64,000 nt of DNA from a bacterium (GTDB taxonomy: Bacteria > Patescibacteriota > Microgenomatia > Curtissbacterales > GWA2-41-24), in contig JAKAJD010000001.1 in NCBI GenBank assembly GCA_021813945.1, positions 9,744-73,743 on the forward strand. Reading direction: 5' to 3'. The position numbers and the translations under genes are program-made. Shown in pieces: positions 39,127 through 48,999 of this stretch. The notes under the pieces were generated by a model that was given only the letters and a program-made list of their open reading frames with translations, ran no database searches and was not told the origin of the DNA. Each line of letters opens with the position of its first letter. Position 1 is the stretch's first letter.

Positions 39127-39756
39127 CTATTGGATAGTTACCTTCTGCATTACGTCACCCACAGCAATTTGATCAACAACATCTTGGCCCTCAACTACTT
39201 GGCCAAAAATTGTGTATTGCTTAGGAAGTTGTGGTGTATCGGCAAGCATTATAAAAAACTGGCTCCCGTTTGTGTTCGGACCCGAATTTGCCATTGCCAC
39301 AATACCTTTTTTGTAATCACGTGTAACTTTCTCATCTGGAAATGAATACCCTGGTCCTCCTGTGCCATTTCCATTAGGGTCACCACCCTGGATAACAAAA
39401 CCCTCTTCTCTTCTGTGGAACTTAAGTCCGTCATAAAATTTTTTGTCCGCAAGGTAAATAAAATTTGATACTGCATGCGGCGCATCGCCAAAAAACTGTA
39501 TTACAATATTACCCTTTCCGGTTTGAATGGTGGCCTTTTTCGCAGAAATCTGATCAGAAGTTAAAACAGGAAATGGCATTGTTGCTGCTTGAGATGTAGA
39601 TTCGTTATTAAACATTATCTTAGGCGTTTCTGATGCAATTGGCACCTGGGAGGGAATAGTTAAATCATTCGTTCCAAACTTGTGTTTTGCCGTGAATAAA
39701 AAAACGGCAACCAAAACGATAATCAACCCAATAAGTGCAATCACCAAATTCTTCAT
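39127..39756 (-). CDS. Cyclophilin-type peptidyl-prolyl cis-trans isomerase with an N-terminal membrane anchor or signal
   Basis: FHRREEGFVIQGGDPNGNGTGGPGYSFPDE and MANSGPNTNGSQFF. The N-terminus MKNLVIALIGLIIVLVAVFLF is hydrophobic. Confidence 0.85.
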   Translation of the reverse strand: MKNLVIALIGLIIVLVAVFLFTAKHKFGTNDLTIPSQVPIASETPKIMFNNESTSQAATMPFPVLTSDQISAKKATIQTGKGNIVIQFFGDAPHAVSNFIYLADKKFYDGLKFHRREEGFVIQGGDPNGNGTGGPGYSFPDEKVTRDYKKGIVAMANSGPNTNGSQFFIMLADTPQLPKQYTIFGQVVEGQDVVDQIAVGDVMQKVTIQ

Positions 39757-39832
39757 CTGGAATTTACAGTTTAATTGTGTAAGTAAGAACTGTCAATTAC
39801 CTCTTTAAATCTGAATATTTTATAATTGATAG

Positions 39833-41278
39833 GTGAAACTTAGCAAAGTTTTAAAATCCTACTGGCCATTTTTTCTTATTTTATTAATCTCTGCAATTTT
39901 GAGATTTTGGCGCCTAGAACAACTAACGACTTTTGGAGGAGATCAGGGATATGATTTTTTGATAGCCAAGGGAATACTCCAAGGAAAATTTACACTACTC
40001 GGCCCAAAAATTGGCCCATACAACAATTTTGGCAACCTGTATCTAGGTCCAGCCTACTATTATTTAATAGCGCCATGGCTCTTTCTATTTCAACTTGATC
40101 CGATAGGTCCTGCCTTTTTCACAGTTATGACTGCACTTGCTACGATATCTCTTATTTTTATTATTGCAAACCAATTTTTATCAAAAAGGATTGCAATACT
40201 CGCATCGGCAATATATGGGCTTAACGCTATACTGATTGAACAATCACGGGCATCATCAAATCCTCACTTAATACCTTTTTTCGCTGCCGTTAGTGTCTAT
40301 TCTTATTTGAAAACATCACAAGATAAATCAAAATCCATCTTATGGCCCCTCTTGGCGGGTTTTTCTGTAGGTATTGCATTTCAACTTCACTATTTAGCTA
40401 TTTCACTATTGATTGTGATTTTAATTTTCAATCTTCTAAATTCAAAATACAAAGCCATCATATTAGTATTCATCGGCCTTATGTTAGCCTTGGGCGGGCA
40501 AATATTATTTGAGTTCAGGCATAATTTTTTTGTAACAAATCTGTTCCTAATTCAGATGCATCAGGGAAAAGTTCTCTCGCTGGCAACAGTTTTAAAAAAC
40601 ATTAATTCATCAGCCAGATTGCTTACCAGTGCTTTTATTTTTTCCCCAATATTAATTTTTATATTGTTTAATAAAAATCTACTCAAAAAACAATTAATCA
40701 CTTTTTTATTAACTTCAACAATTCTTGGATTTTTCCTTGTTGTTATTTATCCTGGGAACCCGCAACCTCACTATTTTGCTCCAATCTATGTCAGCGTAAT
40801 ATTGCTAATATCGACGATTTTTTCATCTTTTCTTGATCCGAAACAAAATTTCTTTATAAAATTTGCTGTTATGGTAATTTTGACCATTTATTTTTTGATT
40901 AATATCTCAAGTTACCATTTGCTCAGAAAAAACGGCTATACAATGCCTGATGGATGGAACTTAACCGGAATTAAATTTGCCTCAAAAGCCATTGCAAATG
41001 ATGTTGACAACGAAAGAACCTTTAATGTTGCAGCTACCCTAGACGGCGATACGAGGGCTATGCCCTACAGATATATGTTATCAGTTTACGGAAAAACTCC
41101 CCTGGGCGTAGAAAAATATCCTCAAGCACAAGTTATCTATCTCGTCTCAAGAGATTCATTGGATGAAATAAAAAATTATTCTGTATGGGAAATCGCCAGT
41201 TTTTGGCCTTATAATATTAGCAAGATTGCAGATGTTCAAAATGGTATTAGGGTTTACAAATTAACAAAAACAAATTGA
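39833..41278 (+). CDS. Polytopic GT-C-type membrane glycosyltransferase, paralog of 18719..20227
   Basis: GTG start 6 nt after TATAAT (39821-39826). FGGDQGYDFLIAKGILQGKFTLLGPKIGPYNNFGNLYLGPAYYY. Confidence 0.6.
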   Translation: MKLSKVLKSYWPFFLILLISAILRFWRLEQLTTFGGDQGYDFLIAKGILQGKFTLLGPKIGPYNNFGNLYLGPAYYYLIAPWLFLFQLDPIGPAFFTVMTALATISLIFIIANQFLSKRIAILASAIYGLNAILIEQSRASSNPHLIPFFAAVSVYSYLKTSQDKSKSILWPLLAGFSVGIAFQLHYLAISLLIVILIFNLLNSKYKAIILVFIGLMLALGGQILFEFRHNFFVTNLFLIQMHQGKVLSLATVLKNINSSARLLTSAFIFSPILIFILFNKNLLKKQLITFLLTSTILGFFLVVIYPGNPQPHYFAPIYVSVILLISTIFSSFLDPKQNFFIKFAVMVILTIYFLINISSYHLLRKNGYTMPDGWNLTGIKFASKAIANDVDNERTFNVAATLDGDTRAMPYRYMLSVYGKTPLGVEKYPQAQVIYLVSRDSLDEIKNYSVWEIASFWPYNISKIADVQNGIRVYKLTKTN

Positions 41279-42180
41279 ACCAAATGAAAGTCGCCGTAAT
41301 TGTTCTAAATTACAACGGATGGCAAGACACACTCGAATGCGTAGAATCTTTAAAAAACGCTCAGCATCCAAATCTTAAATCTGAAATAATTATTGTTGAC
41401 AATAACTCATCAGACGGCTCCCAAAAACGCCTATCCAAAATTAAATACATAACCTTAATTGAAAATACACAAAACCTAGGTTATTCCGGGGGAAACAATA
41501 CAGGCATTAAATACGCGTTAGATAAAGATTTTAATTTTATTCTTTTGATAAATAACGATACATATGTAGATAAGAATTTTTTCGAGCATCTCTATCCGGC
41601 TTTAAAAATTGCTGAAATTTTATCACCCAAAATTTATTTTGCTCCAGGTTTCGAATTTCACAAATCAAATTATAATAAAGCAGATTTGGGAAAGGTCGTT
41701 TGGTACGCTGGAGGTAAAATAGATTGGCAAAATATATTAGGCTCACACATTGGAGTAGACGAAGTAGATAATGGGCAATTTTCAGAATCTAAAGAAATCG
41801 ATTTTGCAACAGGGGCATGCATGCTAGTAAAAAGAGAAGTTTTCGAAAAAATAGGCCTGTTAGATGAAAAATATTTTTTGTACTTGGAGGATATGGATTT
41901 TTGCGTAAGGGCAAAAAAAGCTGGTTTCGCAATATCATTTTTCCCAAAGGCAGTTGTTTGGCATAAAAATGCAGCATCAAGTGGGGGTTCAGGGTCAAAA
42001 ATGCAAGACTATTACATCACACGCAATCGACTCCTTTTTGCGTTTAAGTTCGCGGCCCTTAAAACCAAATTTGCAGTCTTGAAACAGGTTACACTTCAAG
42101 CAAATGATCGCATAAAAAGGCTTGCTCTTGCGGATTTTTTAACATACAGATTTGGAAAAAGTCATGCCGACATTACCTAA
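41275..42180 (+). CDS. GT2 glycosyltransferase (COG1216 / rhamnosyltransferase-like)
   Basis: VAVIVLNYNGWQDTLECVESL, IIIVDNNSSDGS, FLYLEDMDFC. Confidence 0.7.
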   Translation: MNQMKVAVIVLNYNGWQDTLECVESLKNAQHPNLKSEIIIVDNNSSDGSQKRLSKIKYITLIENTQNLGYSGGNNTGIKYALDKDFNFILLINNDTYVDKNFFEHLYPALKIAEILSPKIYFAPGFEFHKSNYNKADLGKVVWYAGGKIDWQNILGSHIGVDEVDNGQFSESKEIDFATGACMLVKREVFEKIGLLDEKYFLYLEDMDFCVRAKKAGFAISFFPKAVVWHKNAASSGGSGSKMQDYYITRNRLLFAFKFAALKTKFAVLKQVTLQANDRIKRLALADFLTYRFGKSHADIT

Positions 42181-42949
42181 ACTGCCTATATCAGCATTGA
42201 TACTTGCCAAAAACGAGCAAGATATGATTAGTGGTTGCTTGGAGCAACTTGATTTTGTTGAAGAAATAATAATATTAGATCAAAAATCCGAAGACAATAC
42301 TGTTGAAATAGCAAAAAAATATACAGATAAAGTTTTTACTTCATCAAACGAAGATTTTGGCAAAAATAGAACACTTCTTGCCCAGTATGCGAAAGGCGAA
42401 TGGTTACTATATTTAGATTGCGATGAAAGATTGTCAAAAGATAATTTAGAAGAAATTGCCCTCAAAATAACTCAAAGCGAAAACTCTGCTTACTACTTTC
42501 CCAGAAAGAATTTTATTTTAAGCAGGGAAGTCAAGCATGGGGGTTGGTGGCCAGACTATGTACCTAGGTTATTTAAAAAATCTAACTTAAAAAAATGGTC
42601 TGGAAGAGTACACGAAAGCCCTGTAATCGATGGCAAATTCGGATACATGAAAAACCCCATCACTCATCACACGGCAAGATCTATCAACTTGATGCTTGCT
42701 AAGTCGATCAAATGGGCAAAAATTGAAGCAGAGCTAAGATTTGAAGCGAATCAGCCAAAAGTAACTATTTTGAAAACGGTGAAGGCAATTTTTTTAGAAT
42801 TTATAAACAGGTATTTTGCCAAAATGGCTTTTTTGGACGGAGCAGTAGGCGTTATAGAGTCTGTATACCAAGGCCTTCACCAAGCTATGATAATGACATA
42901 CCTTTGGGAGCTTCAAAACAAAACTGAATTGGAGAATATGTCGAAATGA
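42152..42949 (+). CDS. GT2 glycosyltransferase (DADER-motif subfamily)
   Basis: ISALILAKNEQDMISGCL, LDQKSEDNT, YLDCDERLS. Confidence 0.7.
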   Translation: MEKVMPTLPKLPISALILAKNEQDMISGCLEQLDFVEEIIILDQKSEDNTVEIAKKYTDKVFTSSNEDFGKNRTLLAQYAKGEWLLYLDCDERLSKDNLEEIALKITQSENSAYYFPRKNFILSREVKHGGWWPDYVPRLFKKSNLKKWSGRVHESPVIDGKFGYMKNPITHHTARSINLMLAKSIKWAKIEAELRFEANQPKVTILKTVKAIFLEFINRYFAKMAFLDGAVGVIESVYQGLHQAMIMTYLWELQNKTELENMSK

Positions 42950-44004
42950 AAATTGGCTTCTTTAGCCCTTATTTAGATACATTCGGTGGTGGGGAAAGAT
43001 ACATGCTTGAACTTGCGTCCCACCTTTCACAAAGCCAAAATAACAAGGTAGATATTTTTTGGGATGATAATGCCATAAAAGCACCACTTTCAAAATTTCT
43101 TAAAATAGATCTTTCCAAAACTAATTTCATACAAAACATCTTTGCCAACAGAACACAGGCCTCAAAATTAATGAGTACCAAAAAATATGATTTGCTTTTC
43201 GTTCTATCTGACGGGAGCGTCCCGCTATCATTTGCAAAAAAGAACATTCTTCACTTTCAAGTGCCGTTTAATTTTTCGCATCCTGATTTTAAAACAAAAA
43301 TAAAATTGGCAAAAATAAAATACCTCATTTGTAATTCCGAGTTCACAAAAAACTTTATAGACCAAAGCTTTTTAGTAAAATCGAAAGTCATTTACCCACC
43401 AGTCGATGTAAAATCGATAAAACCACTCCCTAAACAAAACTTAATTCTTTCTGTCGGCAGATTCAGCCAAAACCAACTTCATCCCAAGAAGCAAGAAGTT
43501 TTAATAGAGGTATTTAGGGAACTATATAAAAAAGCTCCATTGTGGAAGTTACTTCTAATTGGACAAGCAAAAAGGGAAGATTCAAAATACGTCAGAAAAC
43601 TAAGGAAAATTAGCCAAGGGTATGCAATTAAAATTATTGAAAACCTTGAGGTTGAAAAATTGAGGAAGTTATACGGCCAAGCATCAATCTACTGGCATGC
43701 AACTGGATATGGAGAGGATGAAAACAAAAACCCCGAAAGAATGGAGCACTTTGGCATTTCCACAGTTGAGGCATCTGCCGCCGGAGCTATCCCCGTTGTA
43801 ATAGGTAAAGGTGGACAAAAAGAGATTGTAGAGAACGGAAAAACTGGCTATTTATGGACTACAAAAACTCAGCTGTTCGAAAAAACTTTAGAACTTTTAA
43901 ATAGTCCTCAATTACTCGAAAAGCTATCGAAAAACGCTATAAAAAACAGCCGTAGATTTAGCAGAGAAAAATTCTTTTCGGAATATGAAAAAATTATTTA
44001 CTAA
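42946..44004 (+). CDS. GT4 (GT-B, group 1) glycosyltransferase
   Basis: C-terminal E-x7-E region FGISTVEASAAGAIPVVIGKGGQKEIVENGKTGYLW. Confidence 0.75.
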   Translation: MKIGFFSPYLDTFGGGERYMLELASHLSQSQNNKVDIFWDDNAIKAPLSKFLKIDLSKTNFIQNIFANRTQASKLMSTKKYDLLFVLSDGSVPLSFAKKNILHFQVPFNFSHPDFKTKIKLAKIKYLICNSEFTKNFIDQSFLVKSKVIYPPVDVKSIKPLPKQNLILSVGRFSQNQLHPKKQEVLIEVFRELYKKAPLWKLLLIGQAKREDSKYVRKLRKISQGYAIKIIENLEVEKLRKLYGQASIYWHATGYGEDENKNPERMEHFGISTVEASAAGAIPVVIGKGGQKEIVENGKTGYLWTTKTQLFEKTLELLNSPQLLEKLSKNAIKNSRRFSREKFFSEYEKIIY

Positions 44005-46306
44005 CTTCAAAATTTCTATTCTTCCAATTTTAATCATTGCTTTATTTTTTTCGACCGAGCTTATCCATGGAAGAGTCCCAATACCGGCAGACTCCCTAAT
44101 TGGGCTTTATCATCCTTTTCGGGACAACTCATATTTGGGCTTCGCAGAAGAACATTTCCCGACGAAAAATCCTTTAATTACCGATCCGGTATTGCAAACA
44201 TACCCATGGCGTTTTCTTGTAGTTAATAATCTAAAAAATTTCAGTCTTCCACTATGGAATCCTTACAGCTTTTCTGGCCAGCCGCTTCTTGCCAATGTCC
44301 AGTCGGCAACATTTCAGATTATTAATTTACTCTATCTAAAAACACCTTTTAATTTTGTTTGGGTCTTGGGAGTGATTATAGCTCCACTTTTAACATCACT
44401 CTTTACATTCTTCTTTTTAAGGTCATTAAAAATCTCACAAACTGCCTCAGCATTTTCCTCATTTATATTGCCTTTCACTGGATTCTTTACCGCATGGCTG
44501 GCATGGGGAACTGTCATAACAACAGCGATGTGGCTACCTCTAATTCTTTACTGTGTAAACAAACTAAATGAAAAATGGTCGGCAAGATTTTTTATCCTAC
44601 TTACATTTTCTTCTTTCCAGACAATAGTATCTGGTCATTGGCAAACTGCCTTTTATGTTATGTTATCATCCGCAATTTATTTAATTTATAAATCCATCAG
44701 TTCAAAATCTCTAAAGCTTTTTTCCATAGTTACTTCAGGTCTTATCTTAGGGGCAATGATAAGCTCAATACAAATAATTCCGTCTCTGGAGTTTATTAAC
44801 TTATCCAATCGTGGCCTAGATCAAGCGTATTTTGCAGGAAGAAGGGATTGGTTTATTCCTCTTCAGAATTTAGCCCAACTTCTTGCACCAGATTTTTTCG
44901 GAAATCCCACAACCTATAACTACTGGGGTATTTGGAATTACGCTGAATTTGTAAGCTACATCGGGTTGGTACCCTTATTTTTTGCACTTATCTCTGTATT
45001 TAAAAAGAATTCATACATCAAGTTTTTTTGGTTTATGATAGCCTTATCACTATTTTTAGCTTTAGAAAATCCAATTTCTAAATTACCTTACACTTTAAAC
45101 TTGCCGTTAATCGCCTCAATGCAACCCTCAAGAATTATTTTCCTTCTAGATTTTGCACTATCAGTACTTTGTGCCTTCGGTATGGACTATTTTTTGGAAG
45201 AAAAATTCAAAAAAAAATTTGTACTTCCGGCCTTATTGATGTTTCTAATAATTATTTCCTTAATATTATTAACTAAATTTGCCAGTCAGATTTTTCCGTC
45301 AGTAGAAAACCTCGCCCCTTCTTACACCGCCTTTAGAAATTTGCTTTACCCTTTACTTTTTTCCGCATCAATTTTTCTGATAATACTTCTAAAAGTTACG
45401 AAAACTACAAGGAATTTAATGGTGGCAATAATTATTTTGATAACTGTTCTCGATCTTTTTAAATTTGCTAACAAATTCACACCATTTTCAAACTTTTCCA
45501 TTATTTTTCCCAAAACAGAAACCACTAATTTTTTAATGAACCAGAAAAAGCCTTTTAGGATTTTAGAAACAGATCGTAGAATTTTAAACGGCAACATTTC
45601 TAGCGTTTATCAAATTGAACAAGTATCAGGCTATGATCCTCTATATCTCAAATCATACGGCCAACTTGTAGCCTCATGGGATGCAGCGGCTTTACGTTCT
45701 TCAGGATCTTTTAACCGGATAGTCACGCCTCAAAATTACAATTTACCACTCACAAATTTTATGAATGTTAAGTATTTGCTAAGTTTTGACGATATTCAAA
45801 ACGACAATTTATCAAAAATCTTTGAAGAGGGTCAAACAAAAATTTATGAAAACAAAAATGTGTTGCCAAGAACATACTTTGTCGAAAAAGTAACTAAAGT
45901 TGAAAACCAGAATCAAGAGCTGAGCCAAATTACTAGTAAAAATTTCGATTTTAGTAACCTCGCTGTTTCTCGAGAATTTCAAATGGAAGGAAAATCAAAA
46001 GGGACTGCTAATATAATTTTCTATGCCGACCAAAAACTTCAAATAGAAACTAAAACTCAAGAAAACTTGCCACTGATAATAAGTAATGTTAAGTATCCCG
46101 GTTGGAATGCTTTTATCGATGGGAGACCAACAAAACTTTATGAGGCCAACTTTATGTTTCAGTCAATTATAGTACCCCCAGGCGAACATATAATTTTATT
46201 AAGTTACATGCCCAAATCGTTTACTTACGGTTTCTACTTAACAGCTCTATCAGTATTTGTAACAATATGTATTGGAGGATTCCTGTGGAAAAAAGGGTAT
46301 CGGTAA
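43985..46306 (+). CDS. YfhO-like large membrane protein (GT-C-like, 773 aa)
   Basis: Its N-terminus (IPADSLIGLYHPF...WNPYSFSGQPLLANVQSATFQ) aligns with ORF 23215 (IPGDLLVSFYFPW...WNPFTFSGQPLIANFQSSVFY). The C-terminus is KYPGWNAFIDGRPTKLYEANFMFQSIIVPPGEHII. Confidence 0.6.
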   Translation: MKKLFTNFKISILPILIIALFFSTELIHGRVPIPADSLIGLYHPFRDNSYLGFAEEHFPTKNPLITDPVLQTYPWRFLVVNNLKNFSLPLWNPYSFSGQPLLANVQSATFQIINLLYLKTPFNFVWVLGVIIAPLLTSLFTFFFLRSLKISQTASAFSSFILPFTGFFTAWLAWGTVITTAMWLPLILYCVNKLNEKWSARFFILLTFSSFQTIVSGHWQTAFYVMLSSAIYLIYKSISSKSLKLFSIVTSGLILGAMISSIQIIPSLEFINLSNRGLDQAYFAGRRDWFIPLQNLAQLLAPDFFGNPTTYNYWGIWNYAEFVSYIGLVPLFFALISVFKKNSYIKFFWFMIALSLFLALENPISKLPYTLNLPLIASMQPSRIIFLLDFALSVLCAFGMDYFLEEKFKKKFVLPALLMFLIIISLILLTKFASQIFPSVENLAPSYTAFRNLLYPLLFSASIFLIILLKVTKTTRNLMVAIIILITVLDLFKFANKFTPFSNFSIIFPKTETTNFLMNQKKPFRILETDRRILNGNISSVYQIEQVSGYDPLYLKSYGQLVASWDAAALRSSGSFNRIVTPQNYNLPLTNFMNVKYLLSFDDIQNDNLSKIFEEGQTKIYENKNVLPRTYFVEKVTKVENQNQELSQITSKNFDFSNLAVSREFQMEGKSKGTANIIFYADQKLQIETKTQENLPLIISNVKYPGWNAFIDGRPTKLYEANFMFQSIIVPPGEHIILLSYMPKSFTYGFYLTALSVFVTICIGGFLWKKGYR

Positions 46307-47202
46307 TAATTCCAAACTATAACGGCAGGGAACTTTTGGCAAAAAATTTGCCTTCTGTTCTAGCTAATTGCCTAGGGTGTGAAATTATTGTTGTTGATGA
46401 CGCGTCTACAGATGACTCAATACAATTTTTAAAGAAAAAATATAATAAAATAAGAATCGTAAAAAACACTAATAATCTAGGATTTGCAAAAACAGCTAAT
46501 TTAGGTGTCCAAAAAGCAAATTCAAGGCTGGTGCTTCTTCTTAATTCTGACGTTTCCCCAAGAAATAACTTTCTAAAGGTCGCAATAAAACATTTTGAAA
46601 ATAAAAATTTGTTTGCAGTAGGTATTGAAGATTATAGCCATGAATCAGGGAAAATAATAACGAAGGGCAGGGGAGGCATAAAATTTAAAAAGGGCTTCTT
46701 TTTGCATTTTCCTGCCTTTATAGAAAGGGGTCCCACCTTTTGGGTATCCGGTGGTTCTGGCTTATTTGACAGAGACAAGTTTTTAGAACTCGGTGGTTTT
46801 GACGATATTTATAAGCCATTCTATTGGGAAGATATTGATTTGGCTTTCAGGGCATGGAAAAGCGGCTATACTTGTATTTTTGAACCGCTCTCAAAAGTAG
46901 ACCACTTTCACGAACAAGGCGCTATAGCAACTCAAAAATCAAGATTTTTCATAAAGATAGTTTCTTACAAAAATCAATTCATTTTTGCATGGAAGAACAT
47001 TTCAAGCTATACTTGGGCGCTAGAGCATTTGCTTTGGCTGCCATTTAATATCTTCAAAGCAATTTTAAATTTTGATCTAGCGTTCATTGCCGGTTTGGCT
47101 TGGGCTCTTTTAGACCTGCCGCACCTGCTCTATGATCAAGTCTTTTCAGAAAATAGCTACTTATTGTCCGATAGGGAAGTAGTAAATACATATGACAAAT
47201 AG
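46267..47202 (+). CDS. GT2 glycosyltransferase (COG1216-like)
   Basis: VSVIIPNYNGRELLAKNLPSVL, IIVVDDASTDDS, WEDIDLAFR. Confidence 0.7.
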   Translation: MYWRIPVEKRVSVIIPNYNGRELLAKNLPSVLANCLGCEIIVVDDASTDDSIQFLKKKYNKIRIVKNTNNLGFAKTANLGVQKANSRLVLLLNSDVSPRNNFLKVAIKHFENKNLFAVGIEDYSHESGKIITKGRGGIKFKKGFFLHFPAFIERGPTFWVSGGSGLFDRDKFLELGGFDDIYKPFYWEDIDLAFRAWKSGYTCIFEPLSKVDHFHEQGAIATQKSRFFIKIVSYKNQFIFAWKNISSYTWALEHLLWLPFNIFKAILNFDLAFIAGLAWALLDLPHLLYDQVFSENSYLLSDREVVNTYDK

Positions 47203-47959
47203 TAATATTCTTTGGAATCCCAAAAAAAAGCCAAAAATTATCGTGGTCATGCCAGCTTACAATGCGGAGAAAACTGTCAAAGCCACATACAATGACTTGC
47301 CAAAAGATTTAATAGAAGAAGTGATTCTTGTAGACGACGCATCGAAAGATAAAACCATTGAAAAAGCTCAAAAACTTGGGATAACAGTATATGCCCATGA
47401 TAAAAATCGAGGTTATGGAGGAAACCAAAAGACATGCTACGATCAAGCACTAAAAAGGAAGCCCGATGTCATTATCATGGTTCATCCTGACTATCAATAC
47501 GATGCAAAATTAGCTGGGGTACTTTGCGAACCCATTGTTAATGGCCGTGCTGACATCATGCTTGGTTCTAGAATCCAAACAAGAGATCAAGTTCTTGCCG
47601 GTGGGATGCCTTTATATAAATATTTTTCAAATCGCTTTTTAACTCTAGTGGAGAATCTTGCAATGGGCCTCAATCTTTCGGAGTATCATACAGGTTTCAG
47701 AGCTTTTAGTGCCGAAACACTCAAAAAAATACCTTATCATCAATTTTCCGACGATTTCATCTTCGATCAACAAATATTAGTGTCTGCACTTGCCTCTGGC
47801 AGCAATATCTCTGAAACCCCTGTTCCTTGCAAGTATTTCCCTGAAGCTTCTTCAATAAATTTTCAAAGGTCTACAAAATATGGACTCTTTACACTCTGGA
47901 CCGTATTCTTGTACATTTTAAATCAGTTGAAACTATACAAAGCCTCAATTTTTAATTAA
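47192..47959 (+). CDS. GT2 glycosyltransferase, Dpm1-like polyprenyl-phosphate sugar synthase
   Basis: IIVVMPAYNAEKTV, LVDDASKDKT, MVHPDYQYD, LGSRIQ. Confidence 0.75.
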   Translation: MTNSNILWNPKKKPKIIVVMPAYNAEKTVKATYNDLPKDLIEEVILVDDASKDKTIEKAQKLGITVYAHDKNRGYGGNQKTCYDQALKRKPDVIIMVHPDYQYDAKLAGVLCEPIVNGRADIMLGSRIQTRDQVLAGGMPLYKYFSNRFLTLVENLAMGLNLSEYHTGFRAFSAETLKKIPYHQFSDDFIFDQQILVSALASGSNISETPVPCKYFPEASSINFQRSTKYGLFTLWTVFLYILNQLKLYKASIFN

Positions 47960-48948
47960 ATTCTCACCTTTAAAAACGAGTTATACAATCTTAAAAACCG
48001 CCTTTTTGTCTTTAAATCGACGGTGACTTTCACAAGTCCCTCACTCCTCTGGCCGTAAGCCACAGTAGTCCCCAGAGGACTCAAAAGTACAGCTGGCAAA
48101 ACAGCCAAATCCTCCTCCCCATTGACTATAATGACTCTAGGAGAAATGATTCCTTCTAAAACTTTTCCGATACTATTTACTAAATCAGATGTTATGCTGC
48201 CACTAGGATTCTTAGCTGCCATATAATCTTGATTGTCATCAAAACCTAAACTATCTAAACTTCCAAACTTTTTCTTTCTTTCAACTTTAAAATCAACTAT
48301 CGAAATCATAGGAATAACCTTACGTTGGAGCAAATTATATGTAATTTCATCACCCACAGATATTAACTTCTGAGAAAATCCGTCGTTAAGGAACGTATTA
48401 ATGTCGCCATACAAGAATCCTTGTGGCTTCTTTAATTTACCCCGCAACTCTTCTGTCAATTTTGAAACTTTAAAACTTTTCAAGTAATTAAGGTAATTTA
48501 ACCCCTCCTTGCTGATTTCGCCATTTTTGATTCTTGTTGATGAGATTGGCTTGCCGTCAGAAGCTTGTGTTAAAGGTAGCATTAAGACTTTAAGCGGTTT
48601 CAGATTTTCCTCTAGCCGCTTTTTATTGATAATTAATGCTCCCTTATTGGTATTCGCTGTAACGGCAATAGAATCAATAGTTTTATCTTTGATTGCTGTT
48701 CCAAAAGTATCATCTATGACCAAAATCGAGAAATCGCGTCCACCAGAGATTTCTTTTAGATAATTTTCAACATTTTTTAATCGCAAGTTTTCTGTGTCAA
48801 AAGGATTTTTACCTAAAGTCCTAACAAATTTATCACTTGTAACGCCAACTGTAATTTTATCAGCCAGATCATATGCTGATTTCAAAAAATCGCGATGGCC
48901 ATTATGAAATAAATCAAATGTGCCGCCGGCAGCTATATGCTTTAACAT
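47956..48948 (-). CDS. HxGH cytidylyltransferase-like domain (PPAT/TagD-like) fused to a C-terminal domain of about 180 aa of unknown function (possibly DUF359-like)
   Basis: AAGGTFDLFHNGH (the (T/H)xGH nucleotidyltransferase motif) and ISSTRIKNGE (the ISSTxIR motif) define the N-terminal domain. The C-terminal part carries LISVGDEITYNLL...ISIVDFKVERKK. The probable start is the internal Met, MLKHIAAGG; the tracked ORF extends to 49020. Confidence 0.6.
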   Translation of the reverse strand: MLKHIAAGGTFDLFHNGHRDFLKSAYDLADKITVGVTSDKFVRTLGKNPFDTENLRLKNVENYLKEISGGRDFSILVIDDTFGTAIKDKTIDSIAVTANTNKGALIINKKRLEENLKPLKVLMLPLTQASDGKPISSTRIKNGEISKEGLNYLNYLKSFKVSKLTEELRGKLKKPQGFLYGDINTFLNDGFSQKLISVGDEITYNLLQRKVIPMISIVDFKVERKKKFGSLDSLGFDDNQDYMAAKNPSGSITSDLVNSIGKVLEGIISPRVIIVNGEEDLAVLPAVLLSPLGTTVAYGQRSEGLVKVTVDLKTKRRFLRLYNSFLKVRI

Positions 48949-48999
48949 ACCGCTAATACTACCCTTCGACAAGTAAATTTTCCAGAAAGCTATGTTAAA

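Noticed and set aside
45208-45216. Homopolymeric A/T tracts of 8-9 nt inside GT-C genes as possible phase-variation slippage sites (for example 45208-45216, 56021-56032, 57905-57912)
   Set aside because: In a genome this AT-rich, 8-9-nt runs are expected by composition and encode Lys or Phe runs in loops. None reaches the lengths (10 or more) typical of validated phase-variable tracts, and all are in frame.
47951-47960. TTAATTAA palindrome providing the stop codon for both convergent genes (47192..47959 on + and 47956..48948 on -)
   Set aside because: Real but trivial; a consequence of tight packing rather than a functional element. No terminator hairpin is present.
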